DNA of 53,107 bases from Gaiellaceae bacterium (GTDB lineage: Bacteria; Actinomycetota; Thermoleophilia; Gaiellales; Gaiellaceae), in assembly GCA_035531915.1 (NCBI GenBank), contig DATKRX010000144.1, forward strand, positions 1 through 53,107, given 5' to 3'. Of this stretch, positions 1 to 6,826 are shown in pieces. The first letter of the stretch is position 1. Every line of letters starts with the position of its first letter. The notes beneath the pieces are model-generated. The model saw only the letters and a program-made list of their open reading frames with translations, ran no database searches and had not been told where the DNA came from. Both the position numbers and the translations under genes were made by a program.

Positions 1-347
1 CGTGGAACACGGAGCGGGTCACGAGCCTCGACTGGGTCTCCTACCCGATCCTGCGCTTCGCTGACACCCCCAAGGTGACGCTCGTCAACGTCCACCCGGG
101 ACAGTACGTGACGGTTACCCCCGGTGACTTCACGACGGCGAGCAGTCCTGGCGCCGACGTGAGTGCCGGTAACACCGCCGCGTTCGCCGAGGGTTGGAAC
201 CTGAGCGGGTCGGGCGAGCCGCCGAGCGCGGCAGTCGGCTCCGCGGTCGCAAACGCCTTCTTCGACGCGACGGGTGCTCGCATCCGTCAGGCGCCGATGA
301 GGCCTGCGACCGTGCGCGATGCGCTGAAGGCTGCCGGGGTCGTCTAG
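1..347 (+). CDS. Molybdopterin-binding subunit of a xanthine dehydrogenase/aldehyde oxidase-family enzyme (IorB/CoxL-like). C-terminal fragment; the 5' end lies outside the window.
   Basis: Frame is open from the window edge (codon phase from nt 3) to TAG 345-347. The tail ...SGSGEPPSAAVGSAVANAFFDATGARIRQAPMRPATV... resembles the conserved C-terminal block of this family. High GC3. Confidence 0.7.
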   Translation, partial: WNTERVTSLDWVSYPILRFADTPKVTLVNVHPGQYVTVTPGDFTTASSPGADVSAGNTAAFAEGWNLSGSGEPPSAAVGSAVANAFFDATGARIRQAPMRPATVRDALKAAGVV

Positions 348-373
348 GACTCGGGCTCGAAAGCGTGACGAAA

Positions 374-404
374 GGAGGGCCCCGGATGGGGCCCTCCTTT
401 TTTT
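374..404 (+). terminator. Rho-independent terminator
   Basis: 10-bp stem GGAGGGCCCC (374-383) / GGGGCCCTCC (388-397) with a GGAT loop, followed by a T7 run at 398-404. It lies 27 nt after the stop at 347. Confidence 0.75.
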
Positions 405-860
405 GCAGAGGCCGAATCACGGGGAGGTGTCCCACAGAGAGTGCGCATCCCTCTCGTCCGGGCGCAGGCAGTGCTCGAGAGGGCTGCGGTCATCGCGCGT
501 AGCGGTCGCAGGCAAGCGCCCAGGTTGGAACTGAGCCAAGCGAGAAGCGCTGCCTCTGAATGTCATGAAGGGGCCCTCGGTGGCACGCTCCTTGTGTCAC
601 CGAAGGGCGACCGTGAAGGAGGCCCGTTCGTAAGAGTTGCGCCCACTGCTCCACAAACCGGCGCGCGGGCCGCGAACACTCAGCCCGATCGTGTTGAGAA
701 CCCAACCCCCTTGATCGAGAGCGCACAACGCATCCCCACCCGCTGCGGTTTTCTGCCGGAGGCGGGGGGTTTCAAGTGGCGGCCTCGAGTGCGTCCCCGG
801 TGCGGGTGATGATTCTCCGCGCGTCTCGAAGCCAACCGAGCCCTTGCGGGCCTTCGCCTA

Positions 861-1673
861 TCAGCGTGCCGCAACGACGATGAAGTAGTGCTTCGCGCCG
901 ATGAAGGTCGGATAGAAGAGCCCCTGGCCTGCGCTGAGGTCGATCGTGAGCCTCCGCGTGCCAACGAACCCAAAACCGGTCACGGTGGTCGCGAGCCGAG
1001 GCGGCTCCTGAAGAAGGAAGCCGCTCGTCTTGCTGTGGTCCGAGACGAGGAGGGTGTATTTGCCGGCCGTGAGCTGGGTGACGGCTTTCCCCTTGTAGGT
1101 CAGCGTCGGCTTCCCGGCCGAGTTGACCGTGCCTTCGAGTGTTCCCCGAAACACCAAGGCCGGTTTCGAGCTGGCCTGTGAGCCGATCGGGCTGGACGAG
1201 GAGCTCGTCGTGACCGTCTTCGTGGCCGTGTTCGTCGCAAGGCTGACCGCAGGCGGCGCCCCTGAGGCCTGAGTCGTGAACGTGATCTTCGAAAGCGGCT
1301 GGCTGAGATCCTGGGCGACGTAAGTCGAGCTCGGCTGCAAGGTCACGTTGTAATCGGCCGCGGCGCCGGTTCCGTTGTCGATCGGGCTCTCAACCGTCAC
1401 GCCGGGGCCCGTGAGCTGGAAATCGGGCAGTCCGGCACCGCAGGACTCGAAGTCGGTTGCGGTGAGCGTCAGCTGATAGGTGCCGGGTGCGATCGAGGCG
1501 ACGCTGCTCCCGAAATCGTTGACCATCGTGAAGGTGCAGTTCGTGCCGACGTAGTTCACATACAGGGTCGGAAGAACCGCCGCACCTGCGCTCGCCTGGC
1601 CAGCGACCGCGACCCCCGCCAGCGTGATCAGTACCGTGAGCGACCCCAGGACCGACTTCGGGCGAGCTCGCAT
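861..1673 (-). CDS. Secreted hypothetical protein (signal peptide, two beta-rich halves joined by a Ser/Thr linker)
   Basis: ATG at 1673 gives MRARPKSVLGSLTVLITLAGVAVAGQASA..., a signal peptide. High GC3, a TTSSSSSPIGSQASS linker, and stop at 861-863. The track ORF begins 24 nt upstream. Confidence 0.7.
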   Translation of the reverse strand: MRARPKSVLGSLTVLITLAGVAVAGQASAGAAVLPTLYVNYVGTNCTFTMVNDFGSSVASIAPGTYQLTLTATDFESCGAGLPDFQLTGPGVTVESPIDNGTGAAADYNVTLQPSSTYVAQDLSQPLSKITFTTQASGAPPAVSLATNTATKTVTTSSSSSPIGSQASSKPALVFRGTLEGTVNSAGKPTLTYKGKAVTQLTAGKYTLLVSDHSKTSGFLLQEPPRLATTVTGFGFVGTRRLTIDLSAGQGLFYPTFIGAKHYFIVVAAR

Positions 1674-1724
1674 CGGCACGCCCACTTGGTAGCACATCGA
1701 AGCCGGAGTTTCGCACCCGCCTCG

Positions 1725-2465
1725 CTACGAGAGGAGCCTCACGGCTGCCTCGTGAAGGGCGCCGTTGGAGGTGAGGAACGACTCGCCGGGGGCCGGCCGC
1801 CCGCCGGCGAAGGTCGAGCAACGGCCACCCGCCTCCTCGACGAGCAGCTGCACGGCGGCGTAGTCCCAGAGCTGCAGCCGCTCGTCGGCCGCGAGGTCGA
1901 GAGCTCCTTCTGCGACCAGGCAGTGCTGCCAGAAATCGCCGAGTGCGCGGCTCGACCAGGCGCGCGAGGCGAGCTCCGACCATCCCGCCGGCATGTCCCG
2001 GGCCGAGGTGGTCGAAACGGCGGCATCCTCGATTCGCGCGATCGCCGAGACCCGGAGCCGCTCGCCGTCGCCGGCGAAGGCGCCTGCGCCGCGCTCGGCC
2101 CACCAGCGGCGGCCGAGCGCGGGCGCCGAGGCGACCGCGACCTCGGCGCGGCCGTCGCGCTCGAGCGCGAGCAGCGTCCCCCAGACCGGGATCCCGCGGA
2201 CGTAGTTCCGGGTGCCGTCGATCGGGTCGACGACCCAGCGGACAGCGCCCCCGTCGTCGCCGAACTCCTCGCCCAAGACGCTTTCGCCGCTGCGCTCACG
2301 CGCGACGAGCTCTCGGATCGCCTCTTCGGCGGCGCGGTCTGCCTCCGACACGGGCGTCAGGTCCGGTTTCGTCTCGACCCGCAGGTCGTGAGCGCGAAAG
2401 CGCGCGAGCGTGATCGCGTCCGCCGCGTCGGCGAGCTCGTGCGCGAAACGGAGGTCCGGGCCCAC
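1725..2465 (-). CDS. hisN: Histidinol-phosphatase, inositol-monophosphatase family (HisN-type)
   Basis: IMPase motifs ETKPDLTPVSEADRAAEEAIR, WVVDPIDGTRNYVRGIPVWGTL and WDYAAVQLLVEEAGG. I place the start at in-frame GTG 2465; the track start at 2660 would overlap the upstream gene. Start is uncertain. Confidence 0.75.
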   Translation of the reverse strand: MGPDLRFAHELADAADAITLARFRAHDLRVETKPDLTPVSEADRAAEEAIRELVARERSGESVLGEEFGDDGGAVRWVVDPIDGTRNYVRGIPVWGTLLALERDGRAEVAVASAPALGRRWWAERGAGAFAGDGERLRVSAIARIEDAAVSTTSARDMPAGWSELASRAWSSRALGDFWQHCLVAEGALDLAADERLQLWDYAAVQLLVEEAGGRCSTFAGGRPAPGESFLTSNGALHEAAVRLLS

Positions 2466-2505
2466 GACGCGGACGGTACCTACCGGGCGGGCAGCTGCCG
2501 GTTGC

Positions 2506-3942
2506 TCAGCAGCGAGGTTCCGGAACGGCCAGCTTGGGAGCGGAGCGCAGGCTCGTGATGTGCTCGAGGTACCGCCGGCCGTGGGAGTTGAGGACGGCCG
2601 ATTTGAGCAACGACGACCCACCGTCGACCGCCAGGTTGCTGAGCGAACCAGCGCCGGCAAACCCGACCTTGAGAAGCCATCCGGTCGCCGTCTTCTGGCT
2701 CCCGATTGCCTTCATGCCGGGATCGCCGGGATAGGCGATGCCGATCTCTTTCAGCTGCCCGGGCGGGCGGCTAATCGTCCAACACGACTTCCCGGGCGCG
2801 CGGCCGAAGGTGGTCGACCCGCGCGTGACGAGTGTCGTCGTCCCCGAATGATTCTGGCTGACCGACTGCTCGGCGACCACCCTCCCGGCGCGTAGCATCA
2901 TGGTGAAGCGAACCGAGAACGACGCTGTGTGGACCGTGGCCAAAACCCCGGGGACCGGCTTGTAGGCCTGCCGCACACGCTTCAGGAGCGTCGGGCCATC
3001 GATGGCCTTGACGGTGGCGGGCGCCGGCTGCGAGCTGACGATTGCGACGCGGTTCCCGGTCACCTGGAGCCGGATCGGCGTCGACCAGGACATCGCGCGC
3101 GCGCCGGCCGGCGGTGCGTCATCGTAGCCGCGCACCCGGTAGTACCAGACACCGGCGTTGAACTTGGTGATCGGAAGCACGACCGAGGTCGCGGGGGCGC
3201 CGACTCGTTTGGTCGCGCGCCACGGGTAGAGCGACGGCGACAGCTCGACCTGGTACTTCGATGCGCCGACGACCGGCTGCCAGGCCGCGATCGGCGAGGC
3301 GAACACCTCTGCCTTGCTGTCGGCTGCGGTGACCTCGCGGCCGGTCGGGGCGACGCCCGAGAGGAACGGCTTCCCCGCCGAGGTGACGACCGGTTGGGAG
3401 ACCTTGCCGAAGCTCATCCCGAGCCCCGCCTGGCAGGAGTCCTGGGGGACCGCCATATCGTGGTAGGAGATCGAGGTCGCGGCCGACCCGGACCCGGGCG
3501 AGCCGGAGCCCGACGAGCTCGAACCGGAGCCTGAGGTCCCGGAAGACGGCGTTGTGGGCGCGACCTTGGCGAGCTCGACCGAGACCGGGACGACCGTCCA
3601 GTAGTAGCGACCGCTCGGCCAGCCCGAATCCCGGAGGTCGACGCCTGCGGCCGCGGCCGGCGCCGAGCCCGCGGTCGCGCCGCTCGTCGCGCCTGGTGTC
3701 GCGGCGCCGCTTCCGCCCACCTGTGAGCCGGGCGTCTCGTTGGAGACGACCGGTGCGCCTGTCGCGTCCACCGCCGTCCCCTCGCTGCCTGCGCCGGTGA
3801 GGTAGGGCGGCGTTGCCTGGGCGGCCGCGAGCGCGGTTTCGTCACCGGGGAGCGGCATCGGGCCGCCGATCGTGCGCGGTGCCCAGGCGGGAGAGCCGAC
3901 GATCGAGCCCGTGAACACGCGATTGACGCTGGTAGTGGCCAC
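2506..3942 (-). CDS. Hypothetical extracytoplasmic protein (Gly/Ser/Thr-rich linkers). Probably the 3' part of a frameshift-split gene.
   Basis: 478-codon ORF with high GC3, starting at GTG 3942 with no signal peptide. The overlapping upstream ORF in another frame carries the signal peptide (see finding). Confidence 0.7.
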   Translation of the reverse strand: MATTSVNRVFTGSIVGSPAWAPRTIGGPMPLPGDETALAAAQATPPYLTGAGSEGTAVDATGAPVVSNETPGSQVGGSGAATPGATSGATAGSAPAAAAGVDLRDSGWPSGRYYWTVVPVSVELAKVAPTTPSSGTSGSGSSSSGSGSPGSGSAATSISYHDMAVPQDSCQAGLGMSFGKVSQPVVTSAGKPFLSGVAPTGREVTAADSKAEVFASPIAAWQPVVGASKYQVELSPSLYPWRATKRVGAPATSVVLPITKFNAGVWYYRVRGYDDAPPAGARAMSWSTPIRLQVTGNRVAIVSSQPAPATVKAIDGPTLLKRVRQAYKPVPGVLATVHTASFSVRFTMMLRAGRVVAEQSVSQNHSGTTTLVTRGSTTFGRAPGKSCWTISRPPGQLKEIGIAYPGDPGMKAIGSQKTATGWLLKVGFAGAGSLSNLAVDGGSSLLKSAVLNSHGRRYLEHITSLRSAPKLAVPEPRC

Positions 3943-4141
3943 CCGTCTGGCTGGTCGGGTGCCACGCGAACGACGGCGTGCGCGGGCAGGTGTGCGCGAC
4001 CGGCTCGTCCGCGCGCAGCAGGAACGCGCGCAGGTCGGTCGGCACCCCGCTGGCGGCGGGGTTGAAATGGGCGGCGGGGGTCGCTTGGGCGACGAGGACG
4101 AGCGCGAGCGCCGCGACGGCCGGAAGCAGAAGACGAGGCAT
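3842..4141 (-). CDS. N-terminal signal-peptide fragment that reads into the 2506-3942 ORF after a +1 shift near 3930-3945
   Basis: MPRLLLPAVAALALVLVAQATPAAHF... is a signal peptide, with GAGG upstream of ATG 4141. GC3 is high only down to about 3935. The tail YQRQSRVHGLDRRLSRLGTAHDRR looks off-frame. Confidence 0.45.
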   Translation of the reverse strand: MPRLLLPAVAALALVLVAQATPAAHFNPAASGVPTDLRAFLLRADEPVAHTCPRTPSFAWHPTSQTGGHYQRQSRVHGLDRRLSRLGTAHDRRPDAAPR

Positions 4142-4167
4142 CCAACCTCGTTGCCGGCACTCTCGCC

Positions 4168-5340
4168 CTAGCGCTTGAGCACCTCTTCGAGGGCAATGCC
4201 GGCGGCGAGCACGCGTTCGTCGTCTCCTGGCCTGCCGACGATCTGGATCGACGCCGGCAGCCCGTCTTCGGCCGGCCCGCTCGGGAGGGCGAGCGCCGGC
4301 CAGCCGAGCAGGTTGAACGGGTAGGTGAAGCGGATGAAGCGGTCGCGCACGGCGATCTCGTCGAGCTCGGCGCTCGGCGCGACGAAGCCGAGCGTCGGGG
4401 TCAGCAGAAGGTCGAACGGCTCGATCGCCGCGAGCATCCCCCGTTCGTAGGCGGCGCGCAGCGCGGTGGCGGCTGCGAACTCGGCGTCGGTGACCGCCAG
4501 GCAGCGCTCGATCTTCGGGACGATGTTCTCGCCGTAGAGGTCGCCGTGCTCGGCGTAGAGCTCGCGATGGACATCCGCCACCTCGCGCATGAAGACCGCC
4601 ACCGTCCCGTCGGGGAACGGCAGCTCGACCGGGCGGCTCGCGAAGTGGCCGGCGGCCTCGTCGAACCGGGCCCGCACGAGCGGGTCGACCTCCTCGAACC
4701 AGGCCGTAGCGACTGCGAGCTCGCCGAGCTCGCTGCCCTCGGCGATCGCGAGCCCCGGGACGAGCGCGCGCAGCTGGGCGGCGCAGCCCGCGGCGTCGCG
4801 CGCCATCGGCCCGACGTGGTCGTAGCTGGGGGCGAGCGGGAAGACGCCGTCGGTCGGCACGAGCCCGTAGCTCGGCTTGAAGCCGGTGATCCCGCAGCAG
4901 GCGGCGGGAATCCGGATCGAGCCGCCCGAATCGGTTCCGAGCGCGGCGTCGGCGAGCCCGGCCGCGAGCGCGGCCGCCGACCCGCCGCTCGACCCGCCCG
5001 AGGTGCGGCCGGGGGCTGCCGGGTTCGGCACCGTCCCGTAATGGAGGTTCTGCGAGGTGACGCCGTAGGCGAACTCGTGCAGGTTCGCCTTCCCGACGTT
5101 GACGTAACCGGCGGCCTCGAGCCGCCGCACCGCCTCCGCGCTCTCGGTCGGGACGTGGTCTTGGAAGACCGCGGACCCGTACGTCGTCAGCACGCCGGCC
5201 GTGTCGAACAGGTCCTTTACGGCGAGCCGGATACCCGGCCCCGGCGCCAACTCGGTGATGAAGATCCCCTCCAACAGTGCAGCTTCGCCGAAGCCTCCGA
5301 GACGGTCGTCGCCGGAGCCGGCCTGTCCGGCGGGAGGCAA
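4168..5340 (-). CDS. Amidase (amidase-signature family, GatA-like)
   Basis: AS-family signature [45 protein letters not shown], plus KDLFDTAG and NLHEFAYG. Confidence 0.9.
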   Translation of the reverse strand: MPPAGQAGSGDDRLGGFGEAALLEGIFITELAPGPGIRLAVKDLFDTAGVLTTYGSAVFQDHVPTESAEAVRRLEAAGYVNVGKANLHEFAYGVTSQNLHYGTVPNPAAPGRTSGGSSGGSAAALAAGLADAALGTDSGGSIRIPAACCGITGFKPSYGLVPTDGVFPLAPSYDHVGPMARDAAGCAAQLRALVPGLAIAEGSELGELAVATAWFEEVDPLVRARFDEAAGHFASRPVELPFPDGTVAVFMREVADVHRELYAEHGDLYGENIVPKIERCLAVTDAEFAAATALRAAYERGMLAAIEPFDLLLTPTLGFVAPSAELDEIAVRDRFIRFTYPFNLLGWPALALPSGPAEDGLPASIQIVGRPGDDERVLAAGIALEEVLKR

Positions 5341-5398
5341 GCTGCGGCTCAGACGGCGGCCGGAGCCGGCGGCGGTGGGAGGAGCCTTGCTTGTCTCC

Positions 5399-5599
5399 TC
5401 ACGCCAACCAGAGGTAGGCGATGCCGATCCCGAAGGTGCCGCCGAAGAGCACCAGGAAGATCACGCACAGGATCGCCGAGAACCGCATGTTCCGGCGCGA
5501 GAGCTCCGGGGACGGGCCGACCGCGTTCTGCATCAGGTCGGGCGGAGAGGAGGCAGGGGGTCCGGGGGCGAGCGGGCCCGGGGCGAGCGGCTCGCTCAT
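5399..5599 (-). CDS. 66-aa membrane micro-protein (Pro-rich N-terminus, one C-terminal TM), translationally coupled to ctaB
   Basis: ATG 5597-5599 shares its A with the ctaB stop (TGATG). Product is MSEPLAPGPLAPGPP...RFSAILCVIFLVLFGGTFGIGIAYLWLA. The 15-nt unit GGGGCGAGCGG+4 is repeated at 5565-5575 and 5580-5590 and encodes PLAPG twice. Confidence 0.55.
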   Translation of the reverse strand: MSEPLAPGPLAPGPPASSPPDLMQNAVGPSPELSRRNMRFSAILCVIFLVLFGGTFGIGIAYLWLA

Positions 5600-6798
5600 C
5601 AGAGGGCGACGTCGACCGCCATCGCGACGAAGAGCAGCGCCAGGTACAGCATCGAGTAGTGGAAGAGCTTCACGGCGTGGGCGCGGCTCGTGTCGCGCCA
5701 CAACTGGAAGGCCATCCAGGCAAACAGCAACCCGAGCGCGAGCGCCGCGACGCCGTAGACGAGCCCGAACACCCCGAAGGCGACCGGCACGAGCGTCGCC
5801 GCGACGAGCGCCACCGAGTACAACACGATCTGTCGGGCGGTCTCGCGCTCACCACGTACGACCGGCAGCATCGGCACGGCCGCGTTCGCGTAGTGCTCGC
5901 GGATCATCAGCGCGAGCGCCCAGAAATGGGGCGGCGTCCAGAGGAAGACGATCCCGAACATCACGAGCGCCGCCCAGCCGAGATGGCCCGACGCGCTCGC
6001 GTACCCGACGAGCGGCGGCACCGCTCCGGCGGCGCCGCCGATCACGATGTTCTGTGGCGTCGAGCGCTTGAGCCAGCGCGTGTAGACGAACACGTAGAAG
6101 AGATTCCCGCCCAGCGCGAGCAGCGCGGTCGGCAGGTTGACGAGCGAGTCGAGCAGCACGAACGAGAGCGCCGAGAGCGCGATCCCGTACTCGAGCGCCC
6201 GCTCCGGGGCGACGCGGCCCGACGCGACCGGCCGTCCGGCGGTGCGTTTCCCCATCAACTTGTCGATGTCTCGGTCGAGGTAGTGGTTGAGCGTCCCCGC
6301 GCCGCCGCAGGCGAGCGCCAGGCCGGCCATCGTTGCCGCGAACGTGCCCCACGCGGGCACCCCCGAGGCGCCGACGAACACCGCGGCGCCCCCGGTGAGG
6401 AGCAGCAGGCTCATCACGCGCGGCTTGGTCAACGTGACGTAGTCGCGCACGTCGCCGGTCAGCTCGGTGGCGCCGCGGAAGGCTTGAGCCCACAGGAGGG
6501 TGGTGGCTGCGAACGCCAGCGCCGCGGCGACCAGGTGAACCGTCGACCCGGTCAGGAGCGCCGCGAGCCCGAACAGCACGATCGCCGCGATCGCCGCCGG
6601 CAGGAGCCGTCGAGCTGAGACCCAGGCGACGACGAGCAGCCCGACGAGCGGAGGGAGCGCGAGTGCGGCGAGCAGCCGGTGCGCGGTGTGCCATCCCGCG
6701 GCGCCCGAGACGACCGCGAGCCCCGTCCCGGCGACGGCCGCCGCGGCGAGGAACCGGGCCCACGGCCCGGCGCTGGCGGTGACGGTGACGGGAGTCAA
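5599..6798 (-). CDS. ctaB: Protoheme IX farnesyltransferase (heme O synthase) with an extra N-terminal 4-TM domain of about 105 aa
   Basis: UbiA-type motifs: TLTKPRVMSLLL, NHYLDRDIDKLMGKRTAGRPVASG, GGAAGAVPPLVGY, FLWTPPHFWALA. The N-extension has high GC3. The track start is TTG 6798; the true start is uncertain. Confidence 0.9.
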   Translation of the reverse strand: MTPVTVTASAGPWARFLAAAAVAGTGLAVVSGAAGWHTAHRLLAALALPPLVGLLVVAWVSARRLLPAAIAAIVLFGLAALLTGSTVHLVAAALAFAATTLLWAQAFRGATELTGDVRDYVTLTKPRVMSLLLLTGGAAVFVGASGVPAWGTFAATMAGLALACGGAGTLNHYLDRDIDKLMGKRTAGRPVASGRVAPERALEYGIALSALSFVLLDSLVNLPTALLALGGNLFYVFVYTRWLKRSTPQNIVIGGAAGAVPPLVGYASASGHLGWAALVMFGIVFLWTPPHFWALALMIREHYANAAVPMLPVVRGERETARQIVLYSVALVAATLVPVAFGVFGLVYGVAALALGLLFAWMAFQLWRDTSRAHAVKLFHYSMLYLALLFVAMAVDVAL

Positions 6799-6826
6799 AG
6801 CCGTGACGGTGACGGGAGTCAGAGCC
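6779..6826. repeat. 24-bp tandem duplication (2 copies, 1 mismatch) across the ctaD stop / ctaB start junction
   Basis: GTGACGGTGACGGGAGTCAAAGCC (6779-6802) and GTGACGGTGACGGGAGTCAGAGCC (6803-6826). Confidence 0.9.

Noticed and set aside
405-860. Possible RNase P RNA or tmRNA in the long intergenic gap.
   Set aside because: Only short collinear resemblances to RNase P blocks are present. The universal P4 strand (GGAAAGTCCGG) and its ACAGAACCCGGCTTA partner are absent. No tRNA-like T-arm (GGTTCGA.TCC) or ...CTCCACCA 3' end for tmRNA occurs on either strand. The region is kept only as an unclassified ncRNA candidate.
3480-3560. Gly/Ser-coding low-complexity DNA (SGTSGSGSSSSGSGSPGSGS) as a repeat element.
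   Set aside because: It is an in-frame linker of the 2506-3942 protein. The repeats are imperfect short codon repeats, not a discrete genomic repeat.
4546-6618. 690-aa plus-strand ORF, together with similar very long ORFs: 13612-16050(-), 16984-19374(-), 38635-40614(-), 41171-44029(-), 7284-8633(+), 24223-25275(-) and 51034-52731(-).
   Set aside because: All lie antisense or out of frame to genes with unmistakable family motifs (amidase/ctaB, copCD, the ABC exporter, GT-like proteins, ctaD, sigK/rskA, HtrA). Their translations are dominated by Arg/Pro/Gly/Asp/Glu runs, and they lack the third-position GC bias of the real frame. These are typical shadow ORFs of GC-rich DNA.
6779-6826. Tandem 24-mer as a CRISPR-like or minisatellite array.
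   Set aside because: There are only two directly abutting copies with no spacers, lying inside and between coding sequence. I noticed no similar repeat elsewhere in the window.
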